Of a stretch of DNA of 64,000 nucleotides, positions 11,679-21,684 are shown one piece after another (within the stretch, counting starts at the first letter, position 1; each line of letters begins with the position of its first letter). This DNA comes from an uncultured Methanosarcinaceae archaeon (lineage in GTDB: Archaea; Halobacteriota; Methanosarcinia; Methanosarcinales; Methanosarcinaceae): assembly GCA_963727895.1 (NCBI GenBank), contig CAVSHT010000004.1, positions 384,001-448,000 of the forward strand, read 5' to 3'. The translations under genes and the position numbers were made by a program. The notes beneath the pieces are model-generated. The model had not been told where the DNA came from. It saw only the letters and a program-made list of their open reading frames with translations, and ran no database searches.

Positions 11679-11876
11679 TCACCGCAAATTCATTTGAAGA
11701 CTTGATTTCCCCATTCGTCTATTAATTTCTTTTTTAAGTTCACCATTTTCATCAACGTATTTTTTCATTTTTTCTTCAATTATTGAAATTTGTATTTTTG
11801 CAATTTTTATTTTCTTGTTATTTGACTGAATTACTCTTAGTTTATCTTTTATGTTATTCTGTGTTGCTGCATCCAT
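11679..11876 (-). CDS. Small coiled-coil hypothetical protein
   Basis: AGGAGG RBS upstream; K/I/E-rich heptad pattern. Confidence 0.55.
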   Translation of the reverse strand: MDAATQNNIKDKLRVIQSNNKKIKIAKIQISIIEEKMKKYVDENGELKKEINRRMGKSSLQMNLR

Positions 11877-12519
11877 TAATAATGCCTCCTATAATCTCTG
11901 AATTATCTAATATAGGTCTAAACACATAAATAAATTTGTTATAGTTAACGCTAATCATATCTCTGACCTGCTTGTTACTTTAGGATAAGAGAACACCAAG
12001 ATCGCATACAGAGCCGTAAATCATAGTCACAGTTAAGCAGTTAAGGAAAATTAGAAATAAAATCAGCGCAAATATTGAAGGTTGTATAAAGGCTTTTGTG
12101 CATGATTCAAGTTATCTACTTATTATCCCTAGATTTCAAAAAAACAGCACCAAAAATATACCCTCAAATAGTAAAAACATAAAAAAAGTCAAGGAAGTAT
12201 ATCCAAAGCCAATATCAGAGTCAGTACCGAGAATACCCTCTAAAATAATAAACAAGCCAGAGATAACCACTAGGGATATTTAGGAGGTTTGCAAACACGC
12301 TAAAGGTGAAATACGGGCTTTTGAACCTACTTTTGTGGCTAAAAATTATAAGTTCTAATTATGACCTATTACTTGGAGCTCCTGCTGGTGAAGTTGCTCC
12401 TCTGGGAAGCATTGTACCGTTGCTGACATATTATCTGGGTGCATTGTTGAATTCGGTGGCATGTTCCCCATTTTTCCTTCTGGAGGCATTGTTGCATTAT
12501 CTTGCATATTTCCTGATTT

Positions 12520-13260
12520 GGCATTGTTACTTAACTATATCTAGTTCTTTCTTTCTTTATTTCATCAATAGAATAACCTAGTACTTTAGCATTTCAAGAC
12601 TCTTCGTATAACACTTTGTCTTTCTTCTCAATCTTGCCAAAAAGTGCTTCAATATGCTGTTATATCCTTCAACAGTATACGTTTCTGCTTTTGATTGAGT
12701 ATGGATCTTTTCTGGAAGAACCTCTGCATATGCCCTCCAGTGATCGGTCATCACTTCTCCAATCTCTTTTTTCTTCAATTTTTCCCAGAGTAGTTTTCCA
12801 GTTTATGTTCCTCTGCTACCAAAAGAGCAGTTGATGAACTTTTTCCCAACTCTATCAACAGCAATCCAGATCCAGCAATATTTTTTTTGTTACCGATGTA
12901 AGTGTGCATCTCATCCATTTCAACAATAGATATCTCATTTTCACTTTTTAGGTTCTCTCACTCTTGACCAAATTTCTTTATCAATTTTTGGACAGAAACA
13001 TGACTTACCCCTAAAACTCGTCCTATTGAGCGAAAGCCCAATCCTTCAAGATAGAGTTGTAAAGCCTTGTCTTTTTACAGAAGCGGAAAAAGCAGTTGAT
13101 TTTAGCTCTACTGTATAGTTATAGCCACAATCAGAGCATTTGTACCGTTGACGTCCGCCAACTATACCATTCTTTTTGTAATTAGAACTATTGCATTTGG
13201 GGCAGTTCATGCAGAAATATAGGTTCTCATAATAAATAACTATAGTTAATTAGCAAAGCC
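12520..13260 (-). mobile_element. IS1-family element, full length, inactivated by stops and indels
   Basis: Ends GGCATTGTTACT / TTAGCAAAGCC; InsA and InsB remnants. Confidence 0.92.
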
Positions 13261-13402
13261 TTATTTTGGAACAAAATCGATGGAGCTGCTTATGAAACTA
13301 ATTAAGTACAGTATCAAAATGTGCCTAAGTTATTTCGCTGTGGGTCCTTAACTTTAAATACATCAGACTTGCGACACTGCCAAGAAAAAAGAAAAGGAAC
13401 AA

Positions 13403-13657
13403 TTATCTGCGCTTTACTGTTTTCTGTGCCGATTTTTGTGCTGATTTTTGAGCGGCTTTTTGTGCTGCACGCTCAGCTTTAACCTTTGGTATCTTCTTTG
13501 TACTTTGTTCTTTTTGTGATCTAACTTTATCAAATATAGATTTTTTTCCCGGTGAAGGAGCTCTCATTTTCTCTCTATTTGCATCATCTCTAGCCTTTTT
13601 AGATTTCTTTTTGGTTTCAGTTTCTTCTTTGCCTAAAATCTTTATCAATATGCCCAT
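13403..13657 (-). CDS. Lysine-rich basic small protein, paralog of 23869..24111
   Basis: AGGAG RBS; conserved second copy; AQK repeats. Confidence 0.75.
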   Translation of the reverse strand: MGILIKILGKEETETKKKSKKARDDANREKMRAPSPGKKSIFDKVRSQKEQSTKKIPKVKAERAAQKAAQKSAQKSAQKTVKRR

Positions 13658-14150
13658 TTTCGGAATCTCCTTTGCTTCCTTATAATACCTATTTCCACTA
13701 TTTATTAATCTCGTTTTCTTTTTGTATTCTGGTTTTCTCTCTGCTTATTGTACCCGATCAGAATCTCTCATTCATCCAGCTCATCATCAAACCTTTCATC
13801 CTTAAAATTCACCCGCCATCACGTAAAACCCAGAAGAATTCTCAGATGGTTGGAATATTTGCCCATACCTTCAAAAAAGAAGAAAATTCAACACTGTAGC
13901 GAAAAACGGCTTCAATGCCCGAAAAAACCTGCACAACGGTTTGAAATAAAAAGGGATTAACATAAAAATGTATTAAATGTAAAAAGGTATATATTAAATA
14001 AAGTCGGTAATGTATAGTGAAGCGTTGTCAAAATAAACAACAGCTTTAAAAAACGGCTACCCTTCCCAAAGATTGTATAAAAATCCATAGCATCAAAAAA
14101 CGAGATATAAATAGGGTACTAAATTGATTAAAAAACGAATGTGTTAACCA

Positions 14151-14180
14151 AAGTGAGAGGGGAGAGCTCCCCTCTCACTT
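14151..14180. other. Perfect 13-bp-stem hairpin
   Basis: AAGTGAGAGGGGA-GAGC-TCCCCTCTCACTT. Confidence 0.8.
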
Positions 14181-15002
14181 CTGAAAGTAAATTTTATTAT
14201 GTAATACATAAGTTATAAAGTTTTTCATTTTTCCCACATGTAAATAAGAATTATATGAAGTTGGAATCCAATTCGAAAACCAACCTCCTTGTATAGAATT
14301 TTTTATTTTTCACCGTTGGTGATAATGTAGGATCAGTTTTTTAGGTTGTCTTCCTAATATATTAATCTGCTTATATGTTTCGACAATTATTTTTTTGATA
14401 TAAATATTGACAGCTATTTTTTGGTTCCGTTGCAAAAATAATATGGCAGAAGTGAACTCTATTATGCAACGAATAATCTCTAAAAATCTAATTTTGCAGG
14501 AGACTTCAAAATACAAACATTTATAAAAAAAGTTCGTATTTTAACGGGATATTTTCAAGTTTTACTGTATATTCCTCAGGAATAAGCGTTAAGCATCAAC
14601 CTCTTTTTATTATGTTCTTATATCAATTTCGAATATAATAAAAAGATCAGCGTCAACTCAATTATTGGAGCTATGAATATCGTTAAAAAAAGACAAATAA
14701 AGCTGTGCGGGCTCGAGGATATGATAGAAGCGAATAGGGATATGGTTGGAGTAATTATGCCATAGGCTAATATCCTTAAGCTGAAGAATTGAAGAAGTGA
14801 CAATATTGCCATGCAGAGGATAAAATATCCCAGCAAAATATAATTCAGTTCTATCGACATCAAGAATGGTAAAAATAGATAGTTATTAAGTAAAAGCATT
14901 AAGGGATTTTAGGGGTTAAACCCCGGAAGATCACACTTCCTTTTCCCTTTAATGTGCTTGATTGCAAAAGTATTCCTACCGAATCAAGTACTGAAGGTAC
15001 TT

Positions 15003-15413
15003 TCAGCAGGTTGAGCAGCTTGAACAGCTTGAGCAACTGTTTTTAATTGTAACGGTTGCACAATCAGATCCATTTTTACCTTTTACACAGTACTTGAAAC
15101 TGTCAGTGCAAGATTTGCAGCTTGCTGGTTTTGTGTAACAGAAGTTACCATTGCTCTTCATGCAGACTTTTCCACCCTTTGCGGTAGTGAAGCATCCTAC
15201 AGTTGTAACTTTGAGGTTGCATCCTTTATCGTTCTTCAATACATTAAAGCAACAAGAACCAGATTTACAGTTACATGTGAAAACATCGTTCTTTGCGTCT
15301 GTTTTTGTTGTACAATTACTTTTTGTTGTACAATTACTTGCTGCTCCTGTCATTGACAGAACTAAAAAGACCAATGTAAAAATACATACTGTTTTAAACA
15401 TATTTTTTCGCAT
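15003..15413 (-). CDS. Secreted Cys-rich Ig-like (Big_9/cadherin-like) protein
   Basis: Signal peptide; AKND..NVLKND..GGKV.MKSNGNF.YT...TDSFKY.V..ATVTI pattern; GGAGG RBS before MRKNMFK. Confidence 0.7.
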   Translation of the reverse strand: MRKNMFKTVCIFTLVFLVLSMTGAASNCTTKSNCTTKTDAKNDVFTCNCKSGSCCFNVLKNDKGCNLKVTTVGCFTTAKGGKVCMKSNGNFCYTKPASCKSCTDSFKYCVKGKNGSDCATVTIKNSCSSCSSCSTC

Positions 15414-16353
15414 TACGTTTCCTCCGTATTTAATCTTGGGTTGAATTTGATCTGAAAATACCAACAATCGAAACCTAATAGAATTTTAGGGAATTTCTAT
15501 GGGTTTTAGAGAACTAATGTTTTTTATTCAATAAACATTACTTTTTTTTATCTTATTAGGTTACATTTGATCTAATGGTACTTACAATCGAAATCAACTA
15601 GTTAATTTTTGCATATAAACATACTTATTTTTAGGATCTTAAATAAAAATCAAAAAGCGAGTTTAAAGCTTTATAACACTTGATCTTCAAAATAGGTAGA
15701 TTCTAATAATAATAATAATTTTTTAACCCTCATCACATATCCGTTTAAAATTGAGTTTAAGACATTTGAGACGAGAGATCCCTTCTATGTCTTCCGACAG
15801 TCCTTTATATCCACTCCTACCACACATGTGAAGTTTTTTCCTGTAGAACTAAGCTATTAAAGTCTTTTATTCCACTAAAAGGAGAGAGGTGTATTATATC
15901 TAGAAAAGAAGGCCGTAATCTTCACAAAAAATAATGTACTTTAGGAATTTGGATTTATCAAATAACCAGGGTATTTCATATGCTTTGCCCCGACTATTTC
16001 TACAGAGCAACGTTTGTAATTCATAGAACTCTTGATTAAGATAAAAACCGTTATCATAAGCGTCAATGACTTAAGCATAATTTATAGATGCAGGAATATT
16101 ATTTGCCCAAGACTAAACCTTATTGCTAGAGCTATCAAAAAAAGAGTAATGAGAATACGCTAAATATCCTTAAACTGGGCCATGAAACTTAGGCAGGGAC
16201 AGAAACAAGTAATAAACTTAAAACATCTTATACAACCTCTCATAGAATACAGTTTTGAAACTTTTACTGATTTTATAAGAAGCTTAGTTTTTGAACGAAT
16301 ACAATAAGTAAATAAGTTCTAAAATCTATTACTCTATTAACAGAGGTGAACAT

Positions 16354-16404
16354 ATGGCTTGTAAACCAAAGGGCGACGCCAAGAAACCAAAACCAAAGAA
16401 GTAA
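16354..16404 (+). CDS. Candidate 16-aa basic microprotein MACKPKGDAKKPKPKK
   Basis: GAGGTGA Shine-Dalgarno just upstream; weak hairpin and T-tracts downstream. Confidence 0.5.
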   Translation: MACKPKGDAKKPKPKK

Positions 16405-16567
16405 TTATAAAATGGAGTCTTCATGACATCCTTCCCATTTTAAAGTGTTCCTATTTTATTTTCTTTTTTTGGGAGAAATTTAATTATGTTCTAATTGTGA
16501 CGTTCTTAGAGTAAAATTCAGCTGCATTATTTCCACGTACCTAATACGCCTATTGATATCAAGACTA

Positions 16568-16927
16568 TTATTCATTGACCCAAGCCTTTGCTTTGTCAAA
16601 TTCACTATTACTGAAAACTTTCACTTGGACAGGAATAATGAATTTAAATAGATTAACAGAATCATTTATCCAGTGAACATCGGAAACAACTGCAACTTTT
16701 TCAAATGAAAGTGTATGCCGCGAGACTTTCGCATCTTCTAAGTAAGCATCGAGTGCATAATGTGGAAAGCCCGTTTTCAATTGATAGAGCATGCGAATCT
16801 TCTTGTGTCTTTGCAGTTTGTCTTTCATTGCAGGAATTAGTACAGTGTCGGAGTCTTCTCCTGTTATTGTTCCGCTACCAATAATACCCAGAACATTATT
16901 TGGCAAGCCTTGAATTAGTTCCATCAT
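16568..16927 (-). CDS. SpoIIAA-like (STAS/SEC14) protein
   Basis: LPNNVLGIIGSGTITGED..VLIPA..KIRMLY..FEKVAVVSDVHWI..VKVFS..AKAWV. Confidence 0.85.
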   Translation of the reverse strand: MMELIQGLPNNVLGIIGSGTITGEDSDTVLIPAMKDKLQRHKKIRMLYQLKTGFPHYALDAYLEDAKVSRHTLSFEKVAVVSDVHWINDSVNLFKFIIPVQVKVFSNSEFDKAKAWVNE

Positions 16928-17352
16928 AATATTTTTCCCCAAAACGAATTTTAAATTGTTTGAATAATATGCACAAACAAATGAAAGTACTTTTCTGAAC
17001 CTTATATGTGTAATGAGACTAAAAGGATATTCACAGGCTGAATCTTTACTTCCAGTCCTGCTAACCAACAAACACTCCGATGTGTGGGTAACAACACATC
17101 GGGCAGACTGGCTACTGTACGATATGTAGAGCCGCTGTAGCTGGTTTTGGGGATATGATTGGAGTAATTGTGCCGGTTTGGTAAATATCCTTGAGCCAGA
17201 GGATTACAGAAGTAGCAATATTGCCACGCAGAGGATAAAATATCCCTGATTCTGAGTAAGGAAGGACATAATCAAAATTTGCCACTTTATCGCAGACTTA
17301 ACTAAATTATAAAAAAATAAATGTAAGATAATAATTCTGTTTTATAGTACTT

Positions 17353-18579
17353 ATGGAAGAAATGGAAGAAATACAGTTAAGGGTTGAAATAGCATTTCCT
17401 GTTGACCTTGGAAAAGGAATTATCCGACTTGATCCCACAACCTTGAGAAAACTTCAGCTCTCGATAGGCGACACCGTGGAAATAAAGGGTAAGAAAAAGA
17501 CCACGGCAAAAGTTTGGAGAGCTGATAGATATGAGTGGAATAAGTATTTTGTGAGAATTGATAACTTCATCCAGCAAAACGCAGGTGTTTCCATAGGAGA
17601 GAAAGTAACCATCAAAAAGGTTGAGGCCCCTGAAGCGAAAAAACTCTTTCTGGCACTTCCGGAAAGTATAATGCAGGGAGGCCCGGAACTTCAGTTTGGT
17701 GAACATGCAAATGAAATTATAAAGCAACATATTCTCAAAAGACCAGTTTTCATGGGAGACATCATTCCTATAATAAATTCAATGTCTCAGTCAATGACAG
17801 AATCTCTGACTACAAGTCAGGTAATTCCTCTAGTTGCCGTCGAGACTGATCCCTCAAATACTATAGTCAAAGTTTCCGAAGAAACTATAATAGAGCTTTC
17901 ACATAAAACAGTTAAACCAGTCAAATCTCCTGAAGAAACTGCAATAGAACTTACAAATGAGATAGTTCAATTTCCTGAAAAAAAGAAAAAATCAGTATTT
18001 AAATCTACAATTAACTATGCAAATCAAATATTAAAATCATTTAATTTAGCTATCATAAGTGACGAAGTCACAGGAGAACTAAATTTATGTGAAACCGAGG
18101 ATACGTTTATTTCAGCTACTAAAAATGTGCAAAAGAAAATTACATTTTCACCTTCTGTTTTTGAAATTCCTAAAAAACCTAATGTGCCCAACTGCGTATC
18201 TGTAATGATGCCTTTTTCAATCGAATTTGATGATGTATATGAATGTATAAAAGATGTCTGTTATGAAGTTGGAATGTCTTGCCATAGAGCAGATGATTTT
18301 TGGCATCATAGTGCGATAATTTAGGATATATTTGAACTGATTTTCCGATCATCTATTGTTGTTGTAGATTTTACTGGTAAGAATTCAAACGTTTTCTATG
18401 AAGCAGGAATCGCACATGCTCTAGGAAAGACTGTGCTCCCAATTACCCAAAATGATGAGGATATACCTTTTGATTTGAGACATCATAGATATATTTTGTA
18501 CCACAATGATAGAGAAGGATTGAAGAAATTAAAAAGAGATCTTGTTTCAAAATTAAATTTCGAGAACAATAGAGAGTAA
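17353..18579 (+). CDS. Chimera: Cdc48/VAT N-domain fused to nucleoside 2-deoxyribosyltransferase-like (TIR-fold) domain, in-frame TAG at 18322
   Basis: First ~180 aa closely match cdc48 at 53332; C-terminal VMMPF..RADD..II*DIF..VVDFTGKNSNVFYEAGIAHALGK..DIPFDLRHHR stays open to TAA at 18577. Confidence 0.85.
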
Positions 18580-18656
18580 CTCTACTTTAAGATCATAGGT
18601 TGGTTTAATAGTTAGATTTGAACGGTTCTAAAAATTATTTTGTGTGTGGCGACTAA

Positions 18657-18785
18657 GAGCTTATCCGAAAAGTCAGTAATGCATGTTGAAGTCACAATAG
18701 GTCTATAATATCAAAGTATCCGTTCCGATTTTGTATATTGCATATTGTAAAAGTTATAGCATTTGACTACTTTTCGGATAGGCTC
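18657..18785. mobile_element. MITE, 129 bp, 17-bp TIRs, TAA target duplication
   Basis: GAGCTTATCCGAAAAGT / ACTTTTCGGATAGGCTC flanked by TAA on both sides. Confidence 0.8.
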
Positions 18786-18813
18786 TAAGCATTTAATTCT
18801 ATGCGGTGAAAAC

Positions 18814-19099
18814 ATGTTTGAAAGCATAAATATCAAAGGTTTTCGTGGTTTTGCAGATAAACAAGAGCTAAAACTCGCAAAACCTCATGAAAATAACAGA
18901 GGATCGGGTCTTACGGTAATTGTTGGTCCCAATAATGGTGGGAAATCAACAATTATTGAATCTTTTAAGTTAATGTCCTCAGGGATAGATATCGACTTTA
19001 CAGAAGACCAAAGGAATAAATCAAAAGACGATGGTGTTGAAATAGTACTATCATCCGATGATGAAAGTCAAACGCACACTCTGAAAACGATTTATGCTG
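18814..19099 (+). pseudogene. ABC/SMC-like ATPase N-terminus (AAA_15/OLD/AbiEii type), truncated by IS1
   Basis: MFESINIKGFRGF...LTVIVGPNNGGKSTIIE Walker A; fused to IS1 sequence at 19100. Confidence 0.8.
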
Positions 19100-19707
19100 G
19101 TGGCTATAACTATACAGTAGAGCTAAAATCAACTGCTTTTTCCGCTTCTGTAAAAAGACAGGCTTTACAACTTTATCTTGAAGGATTGGGCTTTCGCTCA
19201 ATAGGACGAGTTTTAGGGGTAAGTCATGTTTCTGTCCAAAAATTGATAAAGAAATTTGGTCAAGAGTGAGAGAACCTAAAAAGTGAAAATGAGATATCTA
19301 TTGTTGAAATGGATGAGATGCACACTTACATCGGTAACAAAAAAAATATTGCTGGATCTGGATTGCTGTTGATAGAGTTGGGAAAAAGTTCATCAACTGC
19401 TCTTTTGGTAGCAGAGGAACATAAACTGGAAAACTACTCTGGGAAAAATTGAAGAAAAAAGAGATTGGAGAAGTGATGACCGATCACTGGAGGGCATATG
19501 CAGAGGTTCTTCCAGAAAAGATCCATACTCAATCAAAAGCAGAAACGTATACTGTTGAAGGATATAACAGCATATTGAAGCACTTTTTGGCAAGATTGAG
19601 AAGAAAGACAAAGTGTTATACGAAGAGTCTTGAAATGCTAAAGTACTAGGTTATTCTATTGATGAAATAAAGAAAGAAAGAGTTAACTATGTTTAGTTAA
19701 CAATACC
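19100..19707 (+). mobile_element. IS1-family element lacking its left end
   Basis: Near-identical to the 12520-13260 copy; right end GTTAACAATACC. Confidence 0.9.
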
Positions 19708-20164
19708 CTTTTTTTTCTGTATTAGATATTAAGTTTGCTTCCAATATCTCCGGGAACTCCGATAATATTTAAGCTTCACAACAAAATATGTAAGTTTTTC
19801 AACAAAATAAAAGTCAAATATAAATAAAATTATTAAGTCCGCACTTTCCAACAGTTTAACATCGAAGCATATACTTTATAAAAATAAATGTAAAGGATTG
19901 AAAATAGTAATTGAAATCTAGTAAAAAATAATAAAATTAGTAAAGCTGTACAGGCTCAATTTCATATTTTGAGTTGTTTTTGAATTCCCAGTTGCCAGCA
20001 AAGTAGAAATGCTCAGTTCCGCCTACAGCTGTGCGATAATTTGAAGTAGTCACCTTATGGTTAATAAATGAATCTTTCTCGAATATCAATAGTCTATAAA
20101 GTTATTCTAGTGTCCAGTATAAATAACATAATATATAATAACAAGGAATGCATTTACTGGTTGC

Positions 20165-20614
20165 ATGAAACCACAAATTGGACAATGTTCAGAAAACGAT
20201 TATCTTGGGATCAAAAAACACTTAATTGATATAAAAAATTCTCTTGAATCAAGGTGTGTTTCTAGAAAACAATGCTTTACGTATACTATTCTCCTTTTTA
20301 TCCTTGCGGGCATTTTTGAAATTGGCGGAGGATACTTTATATGGATATGGTTGCGAGAAGCGGGAGGTTTGCAATTTGCATTTTTAGGAGCAATCGTCTT
20401 ATTTTTATATGGGATCGTACCGACTTTTCAACCAGCAGATTTCCATAGAATATATGCAACTTATGGGGGGATTTTTGTTGTTATGTCTATTTTATGGGGT
20501 TGGGTGTTCGACAAAACTGCTCCAGATAAATATGATCTAATAGGTGCCTTGATAATTCTTGTTGGGGTATCGATTATATACTACTGGCCCAGGAAGGATG
20601 AAGTAAATGAATGA
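20165..20614 (+). CDS. ynfA: YnfA-family small multidrug-resistance-type membrane protein, start uncertain
   Basis: LAGIFEIGGGY..W.WLRE, F.RIYATYGGIF, PDKYDLIGA. Confidence 0.85.
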   Translation: MKPQIGQCSENDYLGIKKHLIDIKNSLESRCVSRKQCFTYTILLFILAGIFEIGGGYFIWIWLREAGGLQFAFLGAIVLFLYGIVPTFQPADFHRIYATYGGIFVVMSILWGWVFDKTAPDKYDLIGALIILVGVSIIYYWPRKDEVNE

Positions 20615-20808
20615 TTTAGTTTTTTCTCTTAGGTGCCTTGATAATTCTTGTTGGGGTATCGATTATATACTACTGGCCCAGGAAGGATGAAGTAAATGAA
20701 TGATTTAGTTTTTTCTCTTAGGTGCCTTGATAATTCTTGTTGGGGTATCGATTATATACTACTGGCCCAGGAAGGATGAAGTAAATGAATGATTTAGTTT
20801 TTTCTCTT
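20541..20808. repeat. 89-bp tandem triplication of the ynfA-ynfA junction
   Basis: Identical units start at 20541, 20630 and 20719. Confidence 0.95.
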
Positions 20809-21114
20809 GGTCTTTTCTTCTTAGCTGCTTTATTTGAAATTGGAGGTGGTTATTTAGTCTGGCTATGGTTAAGGGAAGATAAAAAAATTGCTTTTGGTGT
20901 ACTTGGAGGATTAACATTAGCAATTTATGGAATCATCCCCACATTCCAGCACGCTAATTTTGGTAGGGTTTATGCTGCATATGGAGGAATTTTTATAATT
21001 TCATCTCTTATTTGGGGTGCACTTATCGATAAAAAACATCCTGATAAATTTGAAATAATTGGAGCTTTCATTGCACTTGTAGGAGTTTTTATTATGTATT
21101 ATACTCCACGATAA
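20785..21114 (+). CDS. ynfA: YnfA-family membrane protein
   Basis: LAALFEIGGGYLVWLWLRE, FGRVYAAYGGIF. Confidence 0.9.
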   Translation: MNDLVFSLGLFFLAALFEIGGGYLVWLWLREDKKIAFGVLGGLTLAIYGIIPTFQHANFGRVYAAYGGIFIISSLIWGALIDKKHPDKFEIIGAFIALVGVFIMYYTPR

Positions 21115-21274
21115 TGGATTATAATGCTTATTTTTGAATACACTAACCGAAAACGTGTATAGTTCTTCTTTTTTATTTTAATTTTAAATATATCTTTTAA
21201 TTTATTAGCTCAATTTGTATCATATGATTATTGCAATAACATTAGTCAATTTTTTAGAACAAATCATAAAGGTC

Positions 21275-21675
21275 TTCAGGCCAGTCATCTATCCCCTCTC
21301 ACCCACGTGGAGCCTCTCTGGAGCCAGTTAGCTCCTCTATAGCGGGCTTGCTGGCTCCAGTAGCCATAATTGTTCAAGCCAAGGGGATATTTGGCTTAGC
21401 CAAGGTACGAAGGCTCGCTTCCAAAATATCCTTGAAACGGCTGGCCGGCGGAGCTTAGCCAGGGCTGGGTCGGAGTTATTCTAAATATGTAGGAAGCAAT
21501 ATTTCATTCAGGCAAAACTTAATCAAAAATTTGCTCATATGACCTAAGGAAAAATAGATTTGAGTATTTAAACACCTAAGGACACCTAAGGAAAAATCTT
21601 TATAAAAATAATTTATTATAAGTATGTATAGACATTATATATTATATTTCCTTAGTTTCCTTAGTTTCCTTAGCT
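21275..21675. other. Putative replication-origin remnant: GC-rich hairpins plus CTAAGGA direct and inverted repeats
   Basis: CTGGAGCCAG/CTGGCTCCAG and GGATATTTGG/CCAAAATATCC stems; three CTAAGGA and three TCCTTAG around an AT-rich tract. Confidence 0.45.
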
Positions 21676-21684
21676 AAAAAATAG

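Noticed and set aside
14618..14899. 93-aa membrane protein
   Set aside because: Overlaps a duplicated element whose second copy is out of frame; hydrophobicity is expected from T-rich DNA
18763..19269. ATPase-IS1 fusion as a novel protein
   Set aside because: ORF begins in a MITE and runs into a broken IS1; same artefact type as 39820..40287 and 63609..63911
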